Origin: Phoronis australis | Lineage: Eukaryota; Animalia; Phoronida | Direction: 5' to 3' | Assembly (NCBI GenBank): GCA_002633005.1 | Contig: NMRA01000201.1 | Coordinates: forward strand, 9,722-73,721 | Length of the DNA stretch: 64,000 nt | In this document: positions 42,301-54,300 of the stretch, piece after piece | Layout of the letters: every line of letters begins with the position of its first letter | Position numbering within the stretch: position 1 is the stretch's first letter | Notes under the pieces: model-generated | The model's database searches: none | The model's input: the letters and a program-made list of their open reading frames with translations, nothing else | What the model was told of the DNA's origin: nothing | Made by a program: the position numbers and the translations under genes

Positions 42301-45300
42301 TCCATAAAAAGGTCAATGTTCCTTATAACCAAACCTAATTTTTATTTGGAGCAAGCCTGTTGCACACAGCTCTGTTACATTAAGTCTTCCTCACGCCACA
42401 ATTACCTACGGTTGTAACGAAAAAGAAAGACGTTTTGCTGCATTTTTTGGTATTTCAGCAACCCTTGTGGCATTTTAATTTGTATTGCATTTTTTGATAG
42501 TGGATTGCTGGAATGGGCCAGATGGTATGCCGGTCATCTGGCATGGCTACACACTGACCACTAAGATCAAGTTTGAGCAAGTACTTAAGGCCATCAGGGA
42601 CAACGCGTTTCTCACCTCCGAGTAAGTTAGTGCTTAAACGATATACTACAGACCATGTGATTTCTCGTAAAATTGAAACTGGACAAGGTTTTATTTTGAG
42701 TTTCAGCTATGCTATTTTCTTGTTAAGTATGGCCTTATTTTGACATTGTGGACCTAGTCGAATAAAATTAAAATGCGAATATTGATTAAAAAAATGATGT
42801 TAAGGAGGCCAGCTCTTACATAAAAATAACTTATTTTTAATTGCTTTGAAAATTATTACCAGGATATGGATCTGATCAATCTTAATTGTTCTCAACTCCA
42901 CATGACATCACTCTGGTCAGTGAGTAAGGAAGGAGTTAAAGGCATCAGTTTTTTACCACCTTGCACATTAGTTTTGAGAAATGTGTGTAGTTAAAGCTAT
43001 AATAGCTTCGTTTTAATGTCAACATGGTTGCGAATACTTCCATTATGTTCCAACCATCTGTCAAGAAGAAACTTTTTGATTTAGACTAATATGTTAATAA
43101 AGCTGGCCTCTAATTGTCCCTTGCTTAGAAATAATTTCTGGCCCTGGGAAGGTCTGGCAATTTGTTACCACTCGAGACCAGGCTGGGTAAGCTGGTGTGA
43201 TTACACAGGTCATTGTATTTCCCGAGCATGGTCTCGAGCAATAACAAACTCTCAGTACTTCCCAATTCCAGAAATCCCTTCTAACTAAAGAACAACTTGA
43301 TGTCAGTTTTGTAAGAGTAAGTGATCTATCTCTTTTTCTGACACAAGACTGCTCCTCAATACAACAATGATCCTTTCCAGGTGTTTCTACATTTTTGTTG
43401 GTTTTTATCAGGTATCCTGTCATCTTGTCTATAGAGAATCACTGCCTGTTACCACAGCAAAGAAACATGGCCAAGGCGTTTAAAGAAATATTTGGAGGTT
43501 TGCATTAAGTTAACAACCAGTTTTTATTTGACGTTCCGGTCCTATTTGTTATCATCATCATGGAAATGTTGTCCGTAAACTAGTCAAAATGCTACCGCCT
43601 AATATTGTTGTTCTTTATTTTTTCATTGATAGTGAGGTTTAATTTAGGTGTCATTGCTTACGGTATAATGCAGTTTTCCAAGTCATTACTACTGGTAACT
43701 CTTAAGGCACTACGTTTGTTAAAACCTTGAATGTTTTACTATGGACTCCTTTGTTTTGGTTTGTTACTTCGTCAAGTTTACGCTTTTTATTACACCCGAT
43801 AAAGGAATGAACCAATTGAAGTTAGTGATTGTTTTAAAAGGAGGATTTGCTGCTGCTTACTTGGTCATTCCAGTTTAAGTTTGTAATCTTGACCAAGGAT
43901 CTCAACTTAATCTAATTTAGCGCTCTTGGGTGATTCATGACTGGATTCTCATGTGGAATATGTGAATGTAATTAGTTTTAACGCGTGACTTTTCAATAAT
44001 TTGTGCATAATCACTCAGTGTTCACAATAAAACTAACGCACTTTTTTAGATTGGGTCTTTACTTAGTTAAGGCTGCTATAATCCTGCCTTCCGTTCAATA
44101 AACTAACTTTTGATGTGGTTTCTGGACTGATACTTCCTTATTGCTTGAGATCATGCTTGGCACATGACAAATTAACTTGCCGAGCCTGGTCTGAAGCAAC
44201 AACGAAAAATCATCTCTAATTTGGGACCAATTTCGGAACGCTAAATGCTGTAAATTAAAAGTTAGTTTTTACCACGGAAGTCTAGTTTATAGCTATAATT
44301 ATATCTGTACACTGCTCGCTGTTTTCGTGTTTGAGTAGTTCTCCATGACCATCATCATTTCGGTCGTTGCAGACATGCTACTTACCAAAGTTTTGGACGA
44401 AGATGCCACACACATGCCCTCACCTAACCAACTGAAGGGAAAAATCATTCTCAAGGTAGGCACTGATTTTATTACAATATTACCAACATCATCATCATTT
44501 TCATCGGCATTTATCTAATGGGAGTAGGATTGGCATTGATTTACATTTAGTGGTAGTTTTTAAAATTTCTATTTCATACAAGATGTGGCACTGACTGCTA
44601 TAGTTATGTCATAGCTTATTTTTTAGTTTTTATTTGTACTCGATATTTATATGTACAACACAAAATAATTCTTGATTTTTTTTACATGATATTGTATGCT
44701 AATTATATGTATGTTTATATTTTGGTAATCTTGTATATATCACTAAGATTCTTGGTACTTTTGTTTAATTACTAGTGTAAGTCTTGTTAGGTGGCCTCTT
44801 TTTATTCTGAGGATGATGTTGGCACATCAAAACATGTCAACACTGCTAAATACATCTCGTTATTTTTCGTAACATGTATTTATGTCCTTATTTTTAATGC
44901 CTGGGCCTAAAAGTCACTTGTCTTACATTATATCTTCTGCGTTTAACATTTAAAAAAGTAAGCATAGGTCATGAAGACACATCATCTTGAAACTATATTG
45001 ACACTGCTGTGAGACTTTAGCTCTGCGATGCTCTTTTTGTCGAATGTTTAGAAGCCAAATGACATGTTTTTCTGCCTAATTATGTCAAATGGTGTAATTT
45101 TTTTCATAATGGGATATGAAGCTATTTTCTTGTTAACAGCTGTGCTGGGTCATGCAACACTTTGGAAGATAAGTTTGATTGTTGCATGATATCAAAAACC
45201 TTGTTCAGTAAGTTCTATATAACTTACATGTTGCTAGGATCCTGATTTTTAAACTCTGTTTGTCACTCTAACAGCACAGGAAATTACAAGAGGGAGAGGG

Positions 45301-48300
45301 CACAGAATGGCGGGAACAGTTGCCAGCAGACGACAGTGCGTGTAAGTCTAGACAAAACCTCTTAATTGTTCGCTAACATCGACTGTACATAGGCTTTGAA
45401 CTTGGTTACATTCAAAATGATGTTCATTTCTGCATTTCTGGTTACCTAGTGTATTCATTCTCCCAAATAAGACAGGACTGTATTCCATAATGCAAAACAC
45501 TTCCAACACACTTGTACCAGGTAATCTGCATTTATGGCATAGACCTTGTGAATTTTCTACCGTACTTCATCATTCAAGCCTCGACATCATATGAGTTCAG
45601 TGACGGGCAAAATGCTCGCCTTTCTCTAGCATTATTTTACGTAGTCTTTCGTGATCTCTCTTTTCTCACAAGAAACTTGCTCTACCGAACGCATTCTAGG
45701 TCATAAGCGGATCCAGGGGGCGTCAAGAGGTCTGTACCTCCTTTTTTCCTTGATTTTAGTGATATCAAATCTAAAATTTTCAAATAGTTGACTTGGATCC
45801 TCCATTTTTAAAAAAAATCCTTGATCCAACCCCCCTTTTAAAAATCCTGGATACACCCCTGTAGGTATAGCTCAGCAGCCATGGCTTTTCATTTTGGCTA
45901 CTCTCAGCAAGAACGTTTTGTATTGTATTTTCCGATTGAAAATGGTGAAATTTTCCTGTAGAAATTCAAGTGATCTGCTAGACATCTTGTTTGCGTATCC
46001 GAGAACGATTGAGTTTACGATGCTCAAATAGTATTCTACCATCTTTCTCTTCTGCTTGTTAGTGATTTGCTGGATGTCACCAATTCATTTTTTTCTTCAG
46101 CTATTATGTTGGACTCTGATCTGCTTTCATCTGTCAGAAATGGTATCCTGTACTTAGAGGACCCTATTGACCATGTGAGTAGGACTTGTATTATGACAGC
46201 TCATCCTTAACATAGTGTGTTTCTGTTAGACAAGCAATGTGATTTTTTGTTATTTTTGTTTTGTTTTTGGAGTACTTTGTTGCACTGTGCCATCAACATG
46301 CAACGTCCAAATGGCTCACCCAAATGTGCAACATGAAAAAAAGCTTTTTTCGATGAAAGGAATCGCGTTCCGTCTTTGACCTATCTTATCGAGTTTGCAG
46401 CCACAATCTTCAAGTGTTATGCATTGATTGCTGCTACTAGTGTATCATCGGTCACTGATGTTTGCTTTTGACCTTTGAGTTGGAGAGACCAATCAAGTTG
46501 AGACTGTTTATGGATTTGCTAGCTGTGCGAGGCTCTGCTCGTTCGCACCAGTATTGCATACCCTAACAAATCAATTAAACAATAGCCATCATGCTCTCTG
46601 TGATTCGTCTTCACCAGGAATGGTTCCCGCATTACTTTGTGCTGACTGCAAGCCGTCTGCATTACTCTGAAGAGACGACGTCCAGTCACCAGGCTGACGA
46701 GGACGAGGCTGATGCAGCAGATACACCGCCCTCTTCTGAAGAGGTAGACATGTTTTGTAATACTCCTAGTTGTTGAGAGTCAGTGTGACTACTTACCTAT
46801 CTAGGAGAACAGTGAAAATGAGAATAATTACAGTTGTTGTACTATCCATTCACGAACAACTCTTAGAAAGTAGAAAATGATGAAACTTCTTAAAATTTTT
46901 TAATTGATATTGATCACTGTTTATGCAATTTGAATGTTACTTTGGCACATCAATTTTGTGGTCCTGGCAAAAAACAAATCTTGAAATAAGGCATGTTAAT
47001 GCTTTGTTGGCTACAGTTATACTGTGGTCAAAGTTCATAGATGCTAGTTGCCACTTATAAACCCTTCTTATGTTATCTTACGTTATACTAAGGTTGTGTT
47101 GGATTTTATAAAAATGGCCAAATTTGGCCAACTTCAGAACATCATATCTCACAAATGGCTGATCGGATTCAAGTGAAACTTTCATATACCATGCTTTATG
47201 CACTGTTCTCAAAAATATTATTAGGAACTGTGTTTCAAATGTTCCACTTTTTGCGTGAAGGGCTATCCGAAAATATAACCTGTATGATTTTCATGAAAAA
47301 TTTTTTGAGATCTCACTTTATAAAATTTGATCATGTTATTGATGCTGTTGTTTTGCTATCAATGTACCGTTTTTTGCTAAATTTTACTAAAAAGGCATGG
47401 TCACATTACCCAATTAATAAGAGATTAATAAAAAACCAACAAGCAAATTCTACAAACTTATTGCTTTCAGAAAAATATATTTTTACTGAGTTAATATCTG
47501 TAGTTTTCCAGATATTCTGCTGAGTGTGCAGAGTTGTCAATAAGTTACTACATAATCTAAATGAGTGTTTTTATCTCTTTGTGGCCCTCAAATTCAACCA
47601 AGACATTTTAACTAGTGAGATTGTTGACGATTGGGTCCAAAGAAATGGTTTTGCAAAGTGAAACTTGAGCGTTTTGTTGACTGACTTTAAGTCATCCTCT
47701 TATGTGCTGTCCAGGACATGCCAAATGATGAGCTGCACTTCAGTGAGAGGTGGTTTCATGGCAAACTGGAGGGGGGACGAAAGTGTGCCGAGCAGCTGTT
47801 GAAAGATTACGCCCCTCTCGGTGATGGCACCTTTTTGGTGCGCGAGAGTGAGACGTTCGTCGGAGACTTCACCCTGTCCTTCATGTGAGTCAACACTTAG
47901 GCATCCTAGTCAGTATAGGCTACTTGTTATGGTTGAGTCGTAATGAATTTAGAAAATGGCAGTTCGAAAAGAAGGCATAGTTGGAACACAGTCAATACAT
48001 TTTCAAAGTCTTCATGAATCTTAGCTCAACAGACCTTACAGATGATTAGTTGACCAAAGAGCTGGTTTGGTGGTCCTCATGGTCAACTTGCCTACCGATT
48101 GTTATCGCCAAGAGCTGACTGAAAATATACTGAAAACCAGAGAGCCCAACAAGTTCAGACCCACCAACAAACGTTGTCCTTTTTGATGTTCTTTGATCGT
48201 TTTATGCAATTTAGTTTAATTCAATCTTGTTACCAGTGCAATTTACTTGGCCACATATTCAATATCGTCTGTTGACAACCGTGTTTTCTTATGGCCAAGA

Positions 48301-51300
48301 AGCAGACAATCAATTTATTATTGACAGGTAACTGGTTCCGTACATATTGCTTTGTATTTATCAATCAAAAAGTAAATTGGTTGAACAGGGTTATCACCTG
48401 CATGCCTACAGCATCTACAGGTGATGTATTGACTAACAGAGGATGTACTCTTTTGTCAACTTTTAAGAGGCATCTTTTGCACAAATCAACAAAATTCAAT
48501 GAAGTTGGCAGATTGAATTTCACATCTGAAAAAGGTAATTGGCATACGTGACAATATGGTTGGGTTAAGAGTCACTATATGCTCATTTTACCTCTGAATT
48601 GCTTCTTTCACTAGTGACAATATGGTTTGGTTAAGAGTCGCTATATGCTCATTTTACCTCTGAATTGCTTCTTTCACTAGTGACAATATGGTTTGGTTAA
48701 GAGTCACTATATGCTCATTTTACCTCTGAATTGCTTCTTTCACTAGTGACAATATGGTTTGGTTGAGAGTCACTATATGCTCATTTTACCTCTGAATTGC
48801 TTCTTTCACTAGTGACAATATGGTTGGGTTAAGAGTCACTATATGCTCATTTTACCTCTCAATTGCTTCTTTCACTAGTGACAATATGGTTGGGTTAAGA
48901 GTCACTATATGCTCATTTTACCTCTCAATTGCTTCTTTCACTAGGTGCCAGTGGCTGGTCTTGTGCTACTCGGTCTCATGTAAACAAACAGGAAATTTGA
49001 CTTAGATATTGTTGATATCCTCATATTGTAGGAACTCAAATGAACGACATTAAATAATAAGTGTCTCCTGGATTTAACTTAGACTTTCTGAAATTAGAGA
49101 ATTATTGGTTTCTTTTTTACAATTTGAACTGTGTTGGAGAAATGTCTCATTTTGCATAATTTGTCTAATGATTCAGCAGCTCCTTGTCTGTCGCAAATGG
49201 TTCCTCTATGATGTTCTCATATATGCATATGCTAGAGAGAAGCTGCGAAAGCTGTGAAAACATACTCTCTGTGAGGGATGGTACCAGAAGTACCTGAATT
49301 TTACCAAAGGATGCGGAAGAGCTCTCCTTTAGCTTCAAACTCTGAAACAAAGGGCAAATTTATTTAGATAGTATTGAACAATAACTCTTCTCTCCATACA
49401 TCTAATGGTAGGAACCGTTTTGTTTATCTAATTGTGGTGCATGGCCATATGTTTAATTAAACAGTTGACTACTATATTTACTGAGAAGTTGCTTAAAGTG
49501 GAACACTTTTCCGAAACATAGCTTCATTCCCCATCCAAATACACACGATTTTGGGGGTGGCCCAGCTAAACTTAGAAGCTTTGACATGGTTCCACCCACT
49601 TATGCAGATTTTATCAAAAATCTTCTTAGTGTGTGATCTCACAATGTCAGGTCCACTGGAACTAACAAATAGTGTGGTGTGTTTATCAAATGTCTTTTTT
49701 GATGATAACAATCAAAAACCAGAAACATTGAAACTATGACTGTGTGGGATCCATAGGCTTATCAAATCCAGAAACTACAAACCATTATACCCAGGTTAGA
49801 AAGAAAGCATTCTTAAATATGTGTAAATTATGGGATGCAAACAAGTAATGTTTACCCATAATCCTGACCTTAACTAATAGATTTCTGTGAAAAATGTCTT
49901 GATTTAATGTATACTTCTCAGGTTTCATAAAAGGTACCTGGTTACAACTGAGGCAAAAATGATTACAAAATGCTCATTTTTTTCAGTTGTCAGGAGTTTC
50001 TAAGAATGGTGCGAATGTCTGTTGTAACTTTTCAAGATATTGCATTACATTAGCTTTAGTACTAACAGAACTTGAAAATTGTGAAGCTTTTTTGTGGCAT
50101 TAATAACACTTCGTAATAAAATGAGAAATTGAAATTTCTCTTGGTCTTCCACATTATGTCCTAAACGAATGCATATTTCTGTCCCACTAAGAGGTAAACA
50201 GACATACATTTAGTTCAGTCAGGTGACCATAGGGGTCGCCATTTCTTTGTGGGAGTTCTATGAGTGATAGTAGTTCTTATGTTTTGAAGGTGGCAGGGCA
50301 AAAACAACAATCACTGTCGTATCAAGTCGAAGCAGGACCGTGGTCAGATCAAGTACTACCTGATCAGCGACATGCCCTTCGACAGCCTCTACTCGCTTAT
50401 CACGCACTACCGCCAGTATCCCCTGCGGAGTCGTGACATGGAGGTTATCCTCAAGGAACCTGTGCCGCAGCCAGAGAGCCACCTTGGCAAACCGTGAGTA
50501 TAGCTAGATCTGGTCGGATTTTTGTTTTTTGTGGTCTGAGGTTCTTTGATGAGGGCTCTTGGAAAAGTTCAGACCTTTCTTGCCGAAAACAATCACTTTC
50601 TCACCCAGATGTCATGCACACGTGTATTTATTCATTGTACGAGGCTACTTTTTTGAAGCTATTAATGTGAGGTAATGCTGGTATCTTTCCTATTAAATAG
50701 ACATTGCGTAATTATTCAAAAATAATCACTTCATAAAAATAAATTCCAAAATTTTTGTTAACAACGTTGTTGAAAAACTTTCAACACTTTGCATTGTAGC
50801 TCATCCTTGCCAAACAAAATTTTCTGAACAATATTCATGACTAAGATTTTTTTGAAATCCTTTCACTTTCAGAAATGTGTTTGTGTCTGTTAATGTTTCA
50901 GCAAGTTATAAGACTTTGGTGATAAGCATTTGCCAAAATCTTGTACTTGCTTATATCAGAATTTGTGTCTTTGTGTATTTCTTAGCAAATCAGTCTGCTT
51001 TTCAGCAAGTGATGAGCCTTTGGTACCAAACGTTTACCAAAACCTTGGTTGACCAAATTTTTTTTGTTTCCGTCCTGATTTCAAAATACGTATTTTTTTC
51101 AGCTAGTTATAAGCCATTATTAAGCAAAGATTTGGTAAATCGTGTACATGTCAGTTGAAATTGTTCTTTGTCTCTCAACATGTCAAGATACGTCTGCATT
51201 TTAGCTGGTACAATGATGAGGTTGACCGAACAACGGCTGAAGACATGCTGAAGCGAATCCCATGTGACGGAGCATTCTTGCTCCGTCATACGGAGAGTGA

Positions 51301-54300
51301 CCGCCTCTCTTATGCAATATCGTTCAGGTGATGACGCATGTCACCGCCCTGAGTTTTTATCTCTACAAATTCTTTTGTATCTCTGCTTTGCATTTCCCTG
51401 TAGGGACCACAGACAAAACTCCACCACCTTTGCCCATTTATAGTCAAATGCATCAAGCCACAGACTGGTTATTTACCTTTCTATGTATGGAATGTAGGCA
51501 GAGCTTTGTCTGTCGATCCCTTCGTCAGTATAAACTTTCTTCTCTGAACTTTGCTTGAGATGACTTTAGTTGCACTTGTCTGTGACTGACTGTCAGAGAA
51601 CAAAGATTTATACTGTTAAATCTATACACTCGTCAGCCATTGTGCAAACCATGGTTCTTATGTTTTTGTTTTAGGTTATTTCCTGTTATGTCCGCGTTCT
51701 TGTGAAAGCATTTGATGACTGTGTATTTGGCTACAATTGGCAGAAGCCAGTGTTTTGTTCAACAATTTTTGCGAAAAATATAGTCACCCACTTTTCAGAA
51801 ATTTGGCTTTTGTCTTTAGAAATGAGCCACTTAAAAGTATTTTCAAATAAATTTGAACAATTGAATTGATGAATCACTTACTGCTATTGTCAAAAACAAA
51901 ATGTCAAACCTTTGTTTTGTGTTGTACTTCTGTTCCATGCAGTTGAGAATTTTTTTTAACGATGCACTAAAAATCCTGAGTTACTTTCTTTTTCTCAATC
52001 CTAAACTATCAATGAAGTATTATCAATAATCGTGGTGTGCACGGTGACCTCTGCTTGACCTCTGCTCTTGTCCTACTAACATATTGCGGACTTGCCTCCC
52101 CTGTGTGTTTAAATTAACAGCATGGTGTTTTGCATGGCAGATGGTATCACGAGAATCTGAGTCGGGAAGATGGAGAAGACATGCTCAGTAGGATACCGCG
52201 TAACGGTGCTTTTCTGATTCGTCGCCGGGTGGATGAGAGATATTCAAATGCCAAAGAGTATGCCATCTCGTTCAGGTAACAAAGAATACTTTTTTAAAGT
52301 TCTGCTAGAGTAATGGGACTTCATCGCAAAATGTCTTGTTTTTAAAAACTTATTGTCCATCAAATAGTGTGTCGCTTACAAAGTCTGGCATTTTGGCAGC
52401 AAAATGTGTCTTGACTATTTTATAAACTTCAGAGAACATCGTAGTAAAGCTTGTTCCAAAATCCCATGATGTGTCTGTAGAACATTCATAAAAACTGGTA
52501 AAAAATTTTGTTTAATACTAAACCATTCCAGAGTCATCTAATGATGTAAAATTTTGTTTAATACTAAACCATTCCAGAGTCATCTAATGATGTAAAATTT
52601 TGTTTAATACTAAACCATTCCAGAGTCATCTAATGATGTAAAATTTTATTTAATACTAAACCATTCCAGAGTCATCTAATGATGTAAAATTTTAACTGTG
52701 TAATATCTAGTAAATGCTGGCCTTAACAGTATTCATAGCACCCTGGCTTCTTTTTAAGAAATTGAACATTTTTGTGGCATGTTTTTTTAGCTTTTAAGCA
52801 TTATTTTTCTTTGAACATTTTTTGTGTTTGTTTTTTCCATGCTGTTGTGAATTATTTATTTCAATAATATTGCTATGGCAATTGAAATTTTACTCTATGC
52901 TACTTTCTTTTTTGCCATTCTTTTATGGAACTTCATCAGTTAAATGTCCAAAAAACACGTTCTTGGAATTATTTTTGGATGGGCTAGACTTCTTGAAGTT
53001 ATTAGCACTGACCACAACTATAAAACAACAAAATCCATTGTTTAATACAAATTATGTGATTTATTGAAATGGCCATGGCCCAAAGTATAACATGTACAAG
53101 ACAGAACATTGTCAGGTGTGTTACAAGCTGGATAATAAATTGTGACTCTTGAGAGCATGATGGACAAATTTTAGAAGTAGGATATCCGGAGTTCTCATGA
53201 GAGATTGAAATTTAGATGAAGTGGGAGAATGACAAAAACGATCACTTCAGTACTTAACCTGAAGGTCTTGGTACGCACTACAAACTAACACAAGGTGGTA
53301 TTCATCCTCTACAAATACTAGAACTTGTGTCAAATGAGCATGCCTTTTTAGCAAAATTTAGCATAAAAAGAATTTGAGGGTATATTGATAGCAAAGTGAC
53401 AGCATCAACGGCATGATCAGATTTTATTGGAAATGTTCAAGATGAGATCTCAAAAACACTGTTACAGTTCTCTAAAATATTACTTTGTTTTTGTTTTATA
53501 CAACTTTAAATTTTGGTGAACCATTCCTGAGATATGGTGTTCCAAAGTTAGCTAAGTTTGGAAATTTGTCTCTAAGGTCTTACATGAACTGAAGGGACTG
53601 GATGTTTAAAAACTAGATTCTGTGAGATGCTGTAGTTAGGCTTTGGGTGTAGCTATGACTGGCTGTGTTGTTTATTACAACTTTTTTTCAGCATGCTCTC
53701 CTTGCCAAAAGGCACCACAACTCTCATTTATCATCTTCAACTGATGTTCATGTTTCCAAAAATGCTTGAAATTACTATTAAGTCTTTGGAATGCACTAGT
53801 ACACTTTTGAAAGATGTTTTATCACTCAATTTTGCCATTCGTCAAGTTCCAGGATTATGAGATTTTGTGAACATGGAAAACTGCGATTAATATATTCTTT
53901 CCTTCATTTTCACCAGCTTGGAAGGTGGTGAATAGAAACTTTAACGTTTTATAAATTACTACAGCCTTGTATATTGATTGTTGTATTATCACATCATAGA
54001 AAGTGAACTTCAATATTATTCACTTGTCTGGCGTCCATTGTGTTACTGCACCACCATCTTCATTAAATTCTGTGTATTTGAAAATATTATGTTTCATGAG
54101 ATCACCGAAAAAATTTGATCTGGGTGTGATGCTGTGTTGAAATAGCAAAATTTGGAATGAGTTTCAACAAAATTATGTTTAAATAAAGTTTTTAACCTGA
54201 GACACAGAGTATGTTAAATGTATGTTTTTATATGTTATTGAAGTAGTAAGAGTCTCTTGGGTGATAAAATATTGTGTCCCTGTTGTCAACATTCATATGC

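Noticed and set aside
47155-47523. 122-aa ORF, and similar ORFs at 26297-26735
   Set aside because: They lie within copies of a dispersed non-coding repeat and have no recognisable domain.
48548-48943. Regular repeat arrays (also 52500 and 55559) as possible CRISPR
   Set aside because: Head-to-tail repeats with no unique spacers, no cas genes, eukaryotic intron context.
49278-49370. SH2-like fragments (WYQK, DAEEL, SETKGKF) between the nSH2 exons
   Set aside because: Fragments need frameshifts, lack FLVR and splice sites, and are wrongly spaced; probably chance, though a very old dead duplicate cannot be excluded.
53295-53337. Possible third cSH2 exon (AG then [13 protein letters not shown])
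   Set aside because: Only WY matches; no pyrimidine tract, early stop, no FLxR motif.
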